A model generated the notes under the pieces. It was not told where the DNA came from, did not search any database, and saw only the letters and a program-made list of their open reading frames with translations. This document shows positions 10,267 through 19,406 of a stretch of DNA of 64,000 nucleotides, one piece after another. The translations under genes and the position numbers were made by a program. Source of the DNA: Abditibacterium sp. (GTDB lineage: Bacteria; Armatimonadota; Abditibacteriia; Abditibacteriales; Abditibacteriaceae); contig OZ251992.1 in NCBI GenBank assembly GCA_965246885.1, positions 2,912,001 to 2,976,000 of the forward strand. Reading direction: 5' to 3'. Positions within the stretch are counted from its first letter, which is position 1; every line of letters begins with the position of its first letter.

Positions 10267-10286
10267 GCCCGTCACCGTTGTTTTCC

Positions 10287-11771
10287 ATGTCCGCGCCGCC
10301 GATTTCGTCGCCCCATTCCACGCAACCCGTCCGCTCGGAACCCAATCGCTGGATAGCCTTTGCCGTCATTTTGTCGGCGACGCTGCTCGGCGTGCTCGAC
10401 TTTCTGATCGTCAACCTTGCGCTGCCGTCCATCAAGGCGACGACGGGCACGAGCGACGCCAAAGTGCAACTGACGGTTGCGGCGTATGGTCTCGCTTTCG
10501 CGGTGTGCCTGATTACCGGCGGGCGGTTGGGCGACATTTATGGGCGCAAGCTGATCTTTCAGGTTGGTATGGGCGGGTTCACGCTCGCGTCGGCGCTGTG
10601 CGGTTTCGCGCGGTCGGGCGAGGAGTTGATTGTGTTCCGCGTGGTGCAAGGCGCGTTCGCGGCGCTGATGTCGCCTCAGGTGCTGGCGACGATTCAGGTG
10701 ATGTTCGTGGGCGAGGAGCGCGACCGCGCGACGTCTTATGTGGGCGTGACAGTTGGGATAGGATCGCTGTTGGGAAACGTGTTGGGCGGCTGGCTGGTGT
10801 CGGCAAACTTGTTCGGCTTGGGGTGGCGCCCGATTTTCTTCGTGAATGTTCCCATCGGAATCACCGCACTGGTGCTGAGCGGGATTTACTTGCGCGAGTC
10901 GCGTTCGCAAACGGCGCCCAAGTTGGACATCGTCGGCGCGCTTCTGTTGGGGGTGGCGCTGTTCGGGCTGATTTTCCCGATTTCCGAGGGGCGCGAGCGC
11001 GGCTTTCCGGCGTGGACGTGGGAGATGATGGGGGCGGCGCTGGCAGTTGGGGTGGCTTGGTTCTTCTACGAGAAGAACCTCGCAGACGAAGGCGGTTATC
11101 CCCTCGTTCCAATGGAGCTTTTCGAGGCCAAAGGGTATGGACGCGGCCTGCTTTCGATACTGCTGCTCTTTTCCGGTCTAAGCTCCACCTCGTTCGTGAT
11201 TGGCCAATTTTTGCAGCGCGGGTTGGGCTTGGCGCCCAAGAACGCGGGGCTTGTGTTCGGGGCGCTGTCGCTGTCGTTTTTGGTGTCGTCGTTGGGGAGC
11301 GCGAAATTAGTGGCGCGCATCGGGACGAAGACGCTTCTGCTTGGGCTGACGCTACTTCAAGCGGGGCAAGTGCTGCTGATTGGCGCGACACTCCTCTTTC
11401 GCGGGCACTTGCATGCGGCTTGGCTGGTGCCGATTTTGTTCGTGTACGGTTTGGGACAAGGGTTGTGCGTGCCACAGATTATCCGTCAAACGATGAATAC
11501 TGTTGGCACTCAGAACGCGGGCGCGGCGTCGGGTGTGCTTTCGACGGCGCAGCAGATCGCGTTTTCTCTGGGAGTATCGGTGGTCGGAGGCGTTTTCTTT
11601 GCGCTTGGCGACCCGCACGCGCACGGCAACCCGGACACGTGGGCGCTGGGAACGGGGGCGGCCTTCGCGTGTAACTTCGCTTTTGTGCTTCTGGCAAGGC
11701 TGCTGGTGGCGCGCAATTTAAAAACTGCCGATTTTCTACAAAAGAGCGGCGCAATGCCCTTGGAAGCGTGA
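10287..11771 (+). CDS. MFS drug:H+ antiporter (DHA2 type)
   Basis: LDFLIVNLALPSI, GGRLGDIYGRK motif A, GWRPIFFVNVPIG, many TM helices. Confidence 0.92.
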   Translation: MSAPPISSPHSTQPVRSEPNRWIAFAVILSATLLGVLDFLIVNLALPSIKATTGTSDAKVQLTVAAYGLAFAVCLITGGRLGDIYGRKLIFQVGMGGFTLASALCGFARSGEELIVFRVVQGAFAALMSPQVLATIQVMFVGEERDRATSYVGVTVGIGSLLGNVLGGWLVSANLFGLGWRPIFFVNVPIGITALVLSGIYLRESRSQTAPKLDIVGALLLGVALFGLIFPISEGRERGFPAWTWEMMGAALAVGVAWFFYEKNLADEGGYPLVPMELFEAKGYGRGLLSILLLFSGLSSTSFVIGQFLQRGLGLAPKNAGLVFGALSLSFLVSSLGSAKLVARIGTKTLLLGLTLLQAGQVLLIGATLLFRGHLHAAWLVPILFVYGLGQGLCVPQIIRQTMNTVGTQNAGAASGVLSTAQQIAFSLGVSVVGGVFFALGDPHAHGNPDTWALGTGAAFACNFAFVLLARLLVARNLKTADFLQKSGAMPLEA

Positions 11772-11783
11772 AACTAAGAGCAG

Positions 11784-12560
11784 ATGGATAACGGAAACGG
11801 AAGTTCTGCCGAGCAGTTCTCGGCCTTGGCGCCCCATTACGACGAACTGATGGAAGTCGTGCCCTACAATGCGTGGGCCGACTACGTGTTTTTGCTGTTC
11901 CAGATCGTGCAGCATGTCCCGATCAAGTGTCTGGACTGCGCGTGCGGCACCGGGAACCTGACCTTTGAACTGGCTAAATCCAGCCTCGAAGTCGTGGGCG
12001 TGGACATCGCGCCGCGCATGATCGAGGTCGCGCGCAAGAAGGCGGTCTACTCGCCCTTTAAGGCGCGCGTGCGCTTCGAGGAGGCCGACCTTTCCAACTT
12101 TGACTTGGACGAGAAGTTCGATTGCGCGACCTGTCTGTACGATTCGCTCAACTACATTCTGGAGCCGGAGAAGCTCCGCGCAGCTTTTGCCAACATCGCG
12201 CGCCATGTCGAGGTGGACGGCATTTTTGTCTTCGACCTCAACACGCCGTATGCGCTCACGCAAAATCTTTTCACGCAGTCGAACCGCGATCCGCGCAAGC
12301 GCCTTCACTATAACTGGGAAGCCAAGTTCGATCCGCGCACCCGCATCACAAGCGTGCAAATGGACTTCTCGCGTCAGCTTTCGCCCGGCAAGACGGAGCA
12401 GTTCCACGAAGTGCACCGCGAGCGCGCCTACGGAGCGTTGGAAATCCGCGCCATGCTGGAAGCGACCGGCTGGGAAGTGGAGCGGCTGTATGATGCCTAT
12501 ACCATCAACCCTCCGACCGCGCAAAGCGAGCGCTGGTTTTTTGTGGCGCGGCGGGTATAA
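11784..12560 (+). CDS. Class I SAM-dependent methyltransferase
   Basis: LDCACGTG motif I, VGVDIA, CLYDSLNY. Confidence 0.9.
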   Translation: MDNGNGSSAEQFSALAPHYDELMEVVPYNAWADYVFLLFQIVQHVPIKCLDCACGTGNLTFELAKSSLEVVGVDIAPRMIEVARKKAVYSPFKARVRFEEADLSNFDLDEKFDCATCLYDSLNYILEPEKLRAAFANIARHVEVDGIFVFDLNTPYALTQNLFTQSNRDPRKRLHYNWEAKFDPRTRITSVQMDFSRQLSPGKTEQFHEVHRERAYGALEIRAMLEATGWEVERLYDAYTINPPTAQSERWFFVARRV

Positions 12561-12578
12561 CTGGCGCCTGTAGCCCTC

Positions 12579-13805
12579 ATGTCTCGCCTCGCCCATTACC
12601 TTCAGCACCTTCAGCGATTCGGCATTGCGCCCGGACTGGAACGGATTCGCGCGCTACTCGAAGCGGTCAGCAACCCGCACCAGTCGTATCCGCACATCCT
12701 CGTCGGCGGCACCAATGGCAAAGGCTCGACGTGCGAATTTGCCGCGCGATTGTTGGCAGCGGGCGGGCGGCGCATCGGGCTGTATACGTCGCCGCACTTG
12801 TATGAATGGAACGAGCGCATCCGCATCTTGCCGGGAGAGGGCCTGTTCGAGGGCGCCATCGCGGACGCCGATTTGGACGCGCTCTTCGACGACGGACTGC
12901 CCCACATCGAAGCCGTCGCCGCCCGCTTGGGCCAGCCAACGGAGTTCGAGGTTCTCACCTTCTTGGGTCTGTGGCACTTCGCCCGCATGGGCGTGGACGC
13001 GGCGGTCATCGAGGTCGGGTTGGGCGGCAAGTGGGACGCGACCAACGCGAGCGACCCGCTCGTTTCGGTCGTCACCCACGTCGCCCTCGACCACATGGAC
13101 AGGCTGGGCGACACGTTGGAGAAAATCGCGGCGGACAAGGTCTGCATCGCCCGCGCAGGCCGCCCGTTCGTGACGGGCGAGTGGAAGCCGGAGGTGCTGG
13201 CGGTTTTGCGGGTGTACTGCGCGAGTATCGGAGCGCCGTTTAATCATGTGGCGCCGTCCGGCACCCTGCGGAAGTTGGGGAAGAAGCTGGACTTTCAAGC
13301 GTTCAACTATGGAGTGGCATGGGAAGCAACGGAGCAACTCTGTGGACAATTGGGCTGGGTAGCGCCTGAATGGGAATACGGGATACACCACGTTCCGGGG
13401 CGCATGGAAGTTATGGCCGAAAACCCCCGCGTCATCATAGATGGCGCCAACAACCCCGATGGCGCCGATAGTGTGGCGTTAGCACTTCTCCTTAAGCCGG
13501 ACAAGCAGCCCGAAAACCTCCTCCTCGTCCTCGGCATTCTCGCCGATAAGAACTGGCGGGAAATGACGGAGATTCTGGCGCCGCTCGCGCGCACGGTTAT
13601 CTGCTGCCAGTCCGATTCGCCGCGCGCCTTGCCCGCCGAGGAGTTGGCGGCTTTCGCGCGCACGCTTCACCCGCACGTCGAGGTGGCGGCGAGTGTCAAA
13701 CTGGCGCTCGAACGCGCGCGGCAGTTGGCGGGGGCGGAAGACACGATATTAGTGACGGGTTCGTTTACGACCATCGCCGAAGTGCCGCGCGGGGACACAC
13801 CATGA
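12579..13805 (+). CDS. folC: Folylpolyglutamate synthase / dihydrofolate synthase
   Basis: GTNGKGS P-loop, YTSPHL, EVGLGGKWDATN, LDH...LG, PGRME, VTGSF. Confidence 0.92.
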   Translation: MSRLAHYLQHLQRFGIAPGLERIRALLEAVSNPHQSYPHILVGGTNGKGSTCEFAARLLAAGGRRIGLYTSPHLYEWNERIRILPGEGLFEGAIADADLDALFDDGLPHIEAVAARLGQPTEFEVLTFLGLWHFARMGVDAAVIEVGLGGKWDATNASDPLVSVVTHVALDHMDRLGDTLEKIAADKVCIARAGRPFVTGEWKPEVLAVLRVYCASIGAPFNHVAPSGTLRKLGKKLDFQAFNYGVAWEATEQLCGQLGWVAPEWEYGIHHVPGRMEVMAENPRVIIDGANNPDGADSVALALLLKPDKQPENLLLVLGILADKNWREMTEILAPLARTVICCQSDSPRALPAEELAAFARTLHPHVEVAASVKLALERARQLAGAEDTILVTGSFTTIAEVPRGDTP

Positions 13806-14563
13806 AAATTCGCATCTTTCTCGCTCTCCTCGGCGCCTTTACTCTGAGCGCGCCCGCCTTCGCGCAGCGCGGCGAGGGGCCGACCGACGACTACAAGAAA
13901 TCGTGGGCGGGCGTGGCGACGCTCAAGACGCTCACCAAGACAGAAGCGACGCGCGAACTGTCGGCGGTGTATCCCATCTTCGGCGGCTCGCGGCCCGTCG
14001 CACAGGTAGCGGGGCTGGTCTTGAAGCAAGACGCGGTGCGCGGCTTCAACGGCTTCGAGAAGGAGTCGCGCGGCACCGCCGAGCAGTTGGGCATCCGCAC
14101 GCCGGAGATGAAATACGACTTTGAGTTGACGCCCACGCTCATCTTGAATCGCCCGCGCCTGATTGCCGTCACGTCGCTGTTCTATCAATACATGGCGGGC
14201 GCGCATGGCATCTATGGCACGACGGGGTTTGTCTTCGGGTATCCGGCGGGCGCCGCGCGCCCTCGCCAGTTGCACTTCGCCGACTTTTTCACGGACGGCA
14301 CCCGCTCGCGCGCCCGCGTGGGCCGCCTGCTGATGCACAAACTGCGCGCGACGGCGGGCACGGACGCCGAGGCGAGTTGGACGCTCGATGGTACCGTCAA
14401 AGCCGTCACGCCCGACCAGATGGAGAACTTCGTGGCGGAGAAAGACGGCCTGACGTGGTTCTTCGCGCCGTATGCGATGGGGCCGTATTCGTCGGGCGAG
14501 TTCGAGATCAAGCTGACAGCAAGGGAGTTGGGGCCGCGCTTTCGCGCGGCGTTGCTCAAGTAG
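13802..14563 (+). CDS. Secreted DUF3298/RsiV-like protein
   Basis: N-terminal signal peptide; YMAGAHG and FAPYAMGPYSSG motifs. Confidence 0.7.
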   Translation: MKIRIFLALLGAFTLSAPAFAQRGEGPTDDYKKSWAGVATLKTLTKTEATRELSAVYPIFGGSRPVAQVAGLVLKQDAVRGFNGFEKESRGTAEQLGIRTPEMKYDFELTPTLILNRPRLIAVTSLFYQYMAGAHGIYGTTGFVFGYPAGAARPRQLHFADFFTDGTRSRARVGRLLMHKLRATAGTDAEASWTLDGTVKAVTPDQMENFVAEKDGLTWFFAPYAMGPYSSGEFEIKLTARELGPRFRAALLK

Positions 14564-14568
14564 CAAAG

Positions 14569-14663
14569 CTAAAGTCGCAGCCAGCGAGAGCGTCGGCCTT
14601 CGCCGACGTAGTAATTGGAGCACCGTCGGCGAAGGCCGACGCTCTCGCTGGTTGCGACTTTAG
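14569..14663. repeat. REP-like 40-bp inverted repeat with internal hairpins, between convergent genes
   Basis: Arms 14569-14608 and 14624-14663 are reverse complements with one mismatch; each arm contains CGTCGGC-N4-GCCGACG. Confidence 0.9.
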
Positions 14664-15616
14664 TCGCTTTGCTTTCCTTCAATCCGCCGCTTTTCGCCCT
14701 CGATCCAGCGCGCGTGGCGCTCGCGTTGGTGGGCGACTTCCTCGTGGAACGGCTCGGTATGCACCATGATGTCGAGGTTTGGCAAGGCGTCGCGCAGGGC
14801 GTCCTCGACTTCCTCGCCGATGCGATGCGCGTCGGGGAAGGAGAGTTCGTCGTCGAGCAGGATGTGCACGTCGGCCATCTTCATGCTTCCGGCTTGGCGC
14901 GTGCGCAAGCGGTGAAAGCCCAAAACGCGCGGGTCGCGCTGAAGCACCTCGCGGATGCACGCTTCCTCGCCATCGGGAAGCGACTCGTCCACAAGCGGGC
15001 GAATCACGTCGCGCAGCAAGTGCAGCGCGTTGGCAAGAGCAAAAGTTGTCATTCCCGCCGCGAAGAGAGGGTCAAGGCGCGCTTCGTTAAACGCGTGCGT
15101 GGCGACGAGGCCCAAAAGCACGCCCAAACACGCCCACAAATCGCCGCGCAGATGTACCGCTTCGGCAGCCAGAGCCGTCGAGTCGAACTTTTTCGCCACG
15201 CGCGCCACGCGAAACGACACCGCCAAGTTGACCATGCCCGACAGCGAAATGGCGGCGATGCCCCAGTCCACTTGCGGCATATGGGGATGCAGAAAGCGCC
15301 AGCAACTCGCCGCCCAAATGCCCCCAATCGAAGCGAAGATAAGCGTCATCTGCCCCAAGGACACCACGTTCTCGAACTTGCCGTGCCCATAAGGATGTGC
15401 CGGATCGGGCGGCGCATTCGCCGCGCGCAGCGTCCACAAAATCGCCGCCGACGCGAAGATGTCGAGCAGCGACTGAATCCCCTCGGCCAGCACCGACAGC
15501 GAACCCGACCGCGCGCCCGCCGCGATTTTTATCGCCACGAGAAACACGTTCGCCCACAGCGACAGCTTGGCGACCGATTCCTGCTCCCACGTCGGGGACA
15601 CCGCACGCGCGTTCAT
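14660..15616 (-). CDS. Cation diffusion facilitator family transporter (FieF-like)
   Basis: PPDPAHPYGHGKFE, HLRGD, HRLRTR, VHTEP. Confidence 0.92.
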   Translation of the reverse strand: MNARAVSPTWEQESVAKLSLWANVFLVAIKIAAGARSGSLSVLAEGIQSLLDIFASAAILWTLRAANAPPDPAHPYGHGKFENVVSLGQMTLIFASIGGIWAASCWRFLHPHMPQVDWGIAAISLSGMVNLAVSFRVARVAKKFDSTALAAEAVHLRGDLWACLGVLLGLVATHAFNEARLDPLFAAGMTTFALANALHLLRDVIRPLVDESLPDGEEACIREVLQRDPRVLGFHRLRTRQAGSMKMADVHILLDDELSFPDAHRIGEEVEDALRDALPNLDIMVHTEPFHEEVAHQRERHARWIEGEKRRIEGKQSD

Positions 15617-15809
15617 GGAGGAGATTTTAACGCGGCGCGGAAATGTTCCCCGCTTCCACGCGGCAGACGTTCCGCACGCGACTTCGCGCGGACGTTCAAA
15701 CTAAGGGGGAACTTTAACGCTTATCATCCCCCGCGCTCGGTGCCGTAATTTAGAGGGTAAAGTTCGCGGAGGGAGAAAACGTTGCTACTTAAGCCTGAAA
15801 GCTGTTGTA

Positions 15810-16694
15810 TTGGCTTTTGATTTCAGTGGCGATGTGCCCAAGGTGGCGCTCAAACAGGTTATGGCCGAGAACAAACTCCAACCCAAAGGCACGCTCGGCG
15901 GCGACGCGGGCAAAGCGCCCACTTCGGCGAGCGACGAAGCTCGTGCGCGCGACGGCGCCTCTCCCGATCCGCTCGACGCGGCGCCGCCCACGCTTCACCG
16001 CTTCCGCTTGCCCAAGTTCTTCTCTTCTGCGGCGGCGACGCCCGCCCCGGAAGAGGAAAGCGAGGGCGCTGAAGAAACGGTTGCCGCCCCGATACCATCG
16101 GCATACCTCAACGGGTCAGCCCCCGCCACCGGTCGGGCGTCGCGCGAGGTCGGCGACGGGTTCGCCGCGTCCGCCGATGACATGGCACTCCTCCATCATC
16201 AGATGGAAGAACTCGCCAATCAAGTCCGGCAAGTCAACGAGCGCGAGGGCGCGATGGAAAAAGTGTTCAACACCTTGCACTCGGAGTTGGCCGCGTATAA
16301 GAACGACTTCCTCTACGAACACCTCAAGCCGGTCGTGAGGCCGCTCTTGTTCTTGTTCGATTCGCTGGAGCAGTTCGACGGCGAGGTTTCGATGGCGCAA
16401 AGCTCGCTGGGTCAAACCGCGCAAGGTGGCGTGCTGTCTCCCGGAGTGGTGCGCGAGAACGTGCACTACTTCCGCGACCAACTCGTCGAAGCGCTACGTG
16501 TTTGCGAAGTGGTTTTGATGGACGCGCCAACGGGCACTTTCAACTCCAAATTCCACAAAGCCATTGATGTCGTGCCAGTCGGCGCCGAAGAAGACGGTAA
16601 AATCGTGCGCGTCGTGCGAAGCGGCTGGTTCCTCAACGGCCAACTGCTACGCCCCGCCGAAGTTGTCGTCGGCAGACACCGCCCCGGTCATTAA
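15810..16694 (+). CDS. GrpE-like nucleotide exchange factor with long low-complexity N-terminal extension
   Basis: Coiled-coil region followed by FNSKFHKAI...V.RSGW...LLRPAEVVV (GrpE C-terminal pattern); lies upstream of Hsp70; start uncertain. Confidence 0.75.
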   Translation: MAFDFSGDVPKVALKQVMAENKLQPKGTLGGDAGKAPTSASDEARARDGASPDPLDAAPPTLHRFRLPKFFSSAAATPAPEEESEGAEETVAAPIPSAYLNGSAPATGRASREVGDGFAASADDMALLHHQMEELANQVRQVNEREGAMEKVFNTLHSELAAYKNDFLYEHLKPVVRPLLFLFDSLEQFDGEVSMAQSSLGQTAQGGVLSPGVVRENVHYFRDQLVEALRVCEVVLMDAPTGTFNSKFHKAIDVVPVGAEEDGKIVRVVRSGWFLNGQLLRPAEVVVGRHRPGH

Positions 16695-16772
16695 ACCCTT
16701 TACCACCGCAATGACTTTCCTCATTCCTTCGTTTCTTAGCGGAAACGGCCAACCATTTACAGGAGCAACATC

Positions 16773-18296
16773 TTGGCACGCGCTGTAGGCATTGACTTGG
16801 GCACCACATACTCCGCCGTCGCTTGCGTGGACGAATACGGCAAGCCGATGGTGATAAAGAACTCGGACGGGCAAACGACCACGCCTTCGGCGGTGTTCAT
16901 TGACCCGCCGAATTACGTCGTCGGCGAAGTGGCCCTCCAGTCCACCATGACCGAGCCGCTTCGCGTCGTCCAGTTCGTCAAGCGCTTCATGGGCGTGCCC
17001 GAACACCGCATCCAAGTGGGCGACCAGTCGTTTTCGCCGGAGTTCATCTCTTCGATCATCCTGCGTAAAATCGTTCAGGAAGCCGAGGAAGCCTTAGGCG
17101 AACCCATCACCCAAGCGGTCATTACCGTGCCCGCCTACTTCACGGAAACGCAGCGCCACGCCACCTACGAAGCGGGAGCGTTGGCGGGGTTGACAGTCCT
17201 GCGCATCATCTCCGAGCCAACGGCAGCAGCCCTCTCTTATGGCATCTCGCGGCGCGGACGGCCCCGCAACATCCTCGTTTATGACCTTGGCGGCGGCACC
17301 TTCGACGTGACCATTCTGGCCATAGACAACGACAGCCTAAACGTCCTCGCCATCGGCGGCGACCCGCACTTGGGCGGCAAAGACTTCGACGACCGGATCA
17401 TGAACTACATTGAGGACGAACTGCGCGAAAAGTTCGGCTACGAATTAGAACCCGACCCATCCCTCGAAGCCGAACTGCGCCTCAAAGCCGAAGCCGCCAA
17501 GCGCCAACTGACGGGGCGCCCATCCGTGCCCATCACCTTCAAAGCCAAGCGCAGTTTGGGCAACATGGACACCTACATCCCCGTCCGGGTGGAACTCTCG
17601 CGCGAAAAGTTCGAGGAAATCACCAACGACCTCGTCGCCCGCACCGAACTGCTGTTGGAGAACATGCTCCTCAAAGCCGACCTCGGCTGGGAGGACATCT
17701 CCGAAACGCTGTGCGTGGGCGGCTCGTCCCGCATGCCGATGGTGCGCGAGATGCTGACCCGCTTATCGGGGCGACGCCCGATGCTGCACGACCCCGATGA
17801 GTGCGTCGCCAAGGGCGCGGCGTTGCAAGCGGCGCTTCTCGTGAAGGACGAAACGGTCGAGGACTTCGGCATCGGCCACGTGCTCGCGCACTCCTTAGGG
17901 GTAGCGACCGTGAAGGCCGAAAAGACCATCATTGACCACATCATCCCCGCGCTCACGCCGCTTCCGTGCTCGCAAACGCGCGGCGGCTACACCACCACGT
18001 TTGACGGGCAAGAGAAAGTTCAAGTGCGCATCTACGAGGGCGAGTCGGGCGACCCGCAGTCGTATCCGACGGGGCCAATCGGCGTCTTTAACCTCGACAC
18101 CCGCCCGCCCCGGCCCGCCGGAAAGCCCAACATCACTGTCGAGTTTCGCTGCGACGAAAACGGGCGCATCATCGCCGTTGCCCGCGACTCCGACACGGGC
18201 CGCGAATCGCGCGTCATGATTTCGCTCACCGGCGACCGCGACGACACGCAGGTCGAGGAAGAAGCCTATATGCTGTCTCAGGCGATTATCTCTTAG
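16773..18296 (+). CDS. Hsp70 family protein (short, no C-terminal lid)
   Basis: GIDLGTT, TVPAYF, EPTAAAL, YDLGGGTFD, VGGSSRMP, PDECVAKGAA; 507 aa; TTG start with AGGAG RBS. Confidence 0.92.
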   Translation: MARAVGIDLGTTYSAVACVDEYGKPMVIKNSDGQTTTPSAVFIDPPNYVVGEVALQSTMTEPLRVVQFVKRFMGVPEHRIQVGDQSFSPEFISSIILRKIVQEAEEALGEPITQAVITVPAYFTETQRHATYEAGALAGLTVLRIISEPTAAALSYGISRRGRPRNILVYDLGGGTFDVTILAIDNDSLNVLAIGGDPHLGGKDFDDRIMNYIEDELREKFGYELEPDPSLEAELRLKAEAAKRQLTGRPSVPITFKAKRSLGNMDTYIPVRVELSREKFEEITNDLVARTELLLENMLLKADLGWEDISETLCVGGSSRMPMVREMLTRLSGRRPMLHDPDECVAKGAALQAALLVKDETVEDFGIGHVLAHSLGVATVKAEKTIIDHIIPALTPLPCSQTRGGYTTTFDGQEKVQVRIYEGESGDPQSYPTGPIGVFNLDTRPPRPAGKPNITVEFRCDENGRIIAVARDSDTGRESRVMISLTGDRDDTQVEEEAYMLSQAIIS

Positions 18297-18302
18297 AGTG
18301 TC

Positions 18303-18390
18303 GGGTTTGGGGTTTGGGGTTTGAGGTGATAAGCTGCTTGGCTCCTTCCCAACCCCCTAAACCCTGTATCCCAAATCCTAAACATCCACT
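18303..18390. repeat. Heptamer short tandem repeats (GGGTTTG x3, then complementary CCC/CTAAA-like units)
   Basis: Read directly in the Hsp70 / J-like intergenic region. Confidence 0.6.
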
Positions 18391-18393
18391 CCA

Positions 18394-19074
18394 ATGACTG
18401 AACCCAACGCTTTTAACCTTACTGACGCTGCCCTGCCCGATGGAACGGTTGACTTTTACACGCTCGTCAACAAGGCGCCCGACACCGACGCCGAAACGCT
18501 GCGCCTTCGTATTCAAGCGCTTTATTCCGAAGCGACGGCTAACCGCGACAACCGCAACCTGAAGAAGCGCCGCGAATACCAAACCCTGCTGGAACTCTTA
18601 CCGCCCGCGCGCGCCGCCCTGCTCGACCCCGCCAAGCGCGCGCGCTACGACGAGTTTCTGGCCCAAGCCCGCGTGGGCGCTTCGCCGACCGACTTCGAGA
18701 CTTTCATCAACGATCTCATGGGCTTCAACGATGAAATGGAAGAAAAGACCGGCCTGCTCGCCACCAAAGACAAAGCTGGCTCCCGCTCGGCGCCGTTGGA
18801 AGTTCCCAGAGCGTCCCAGTCCCCCGGCCCAAAAAGCCGACCGGGTGCCCCGCCCACAACCGAAGGCGGCAACGCCTACTCGACCGCGCCCCGCCGCTCG
18901 ACCAAGCCCGATATGTCGGGTGGCATCATCGGCTTGGTGGGCGGCTTCGTGTTGGGCGCTATTCTGGGTTGGCTCCTGTTTCACCACAACCCCATCCCCA
19001 CCGTTTTAATCGGCATCGTGTTAGGCGCCGTCGGCTTCGCCTTCCTCAACGGTAAAGCCACTATTCGCCGGTAA
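18394..19074 (+). CDS. Degenerate J-domain-like protein with two C-terminal TM helices
   Basis: DFYTLV...LLDPAKRARYD match the J-domain termini; no HPD motif; Pro/Ser-rich linker; two hydrophobic segments. Confidence 0.65.
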   Translation: MTEPNAFNLTDAALPDGTVDFYTLVNKAPDTDAETLRLRIQALYSEATANRDNRNLKKRREYQTLLELLPPARAALLDPAKRARYDEFLAQARVGASPTDFETFINDLMGFNDEMEEKTGLLATKDKAGSRSAPLEVPRASQSPGPKSRPGAPPTTEGGNAYSTAPRRSTKPDMSGGIIGLVGGFVLGAILGWLLFHHNPIPTVLIGIVLGAVGFAFLNGKATIRR

Positions 19075-19086
19075 CGGCGACACGCA

Positions 19087-19118
19087 AGAGCGCCCGCTTC
19101 AAATGGAGCGGGCGCTCT
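19087..19118. terminator. Hairpin between convergent genes (dispersed copy at 45755)
   Basis: AGAGCGCCCGCTTC-AAAT-GGAGCGGGCGCTCT. Confidence 0.65.
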
Positions 19119-19184
19119 ATGGTTTGTGGGCGTTCTACGAGCGGGGCCGAGGCGCACCGACTGTAGTCCGGCAGTGCCACTGCG

Positions 19185-19373
19185 TCAGGCTCCGTTGCCG
19201 GGGCCGTTGGGGTCGGTGGGGATGCCGCCCGTGCCGGTGCCGCCCGTGAGGGAGCCACCAGATTGCAAGGTGAGGCGCACTAAATCGCCGTGAACGGTAA
19301 GTTGCGGAGCACGGTAGGGTTCGCGGGGCGCAGCCTCTTCGGAGTGCGCGTGCTGGGTGTTCGAGATGTTCAT
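19185..19373 (-). CDS. Small peptide with lasso/RRE-type leader motif
   Basis: 62 aa; YRAPQLTVHGDLVRLT matches YxxPxLxxxGxxxxxT; Gly-rich putative core. Confidence 0.7.
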   Translation of the reverse strand: MNISNTQHAHSEEAAPREPYRAPQLTVHGDLVRLTLQSGGSLTGGTGTGGIPTDPNGPGNGA

Positions 19374-19406
19374 AATGGTGTGGGTAAAAATGGGCACAGA
19401 TTTAGG

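Noticed and set aside
6922..11771. SDR-QOR-SDR-nitroreductase-MFS cluster as a biosynthetic gene cluster
   Set aside because: No scaffold-forming enzyme; best read as an ordinary redox detoxification/efflux cluster
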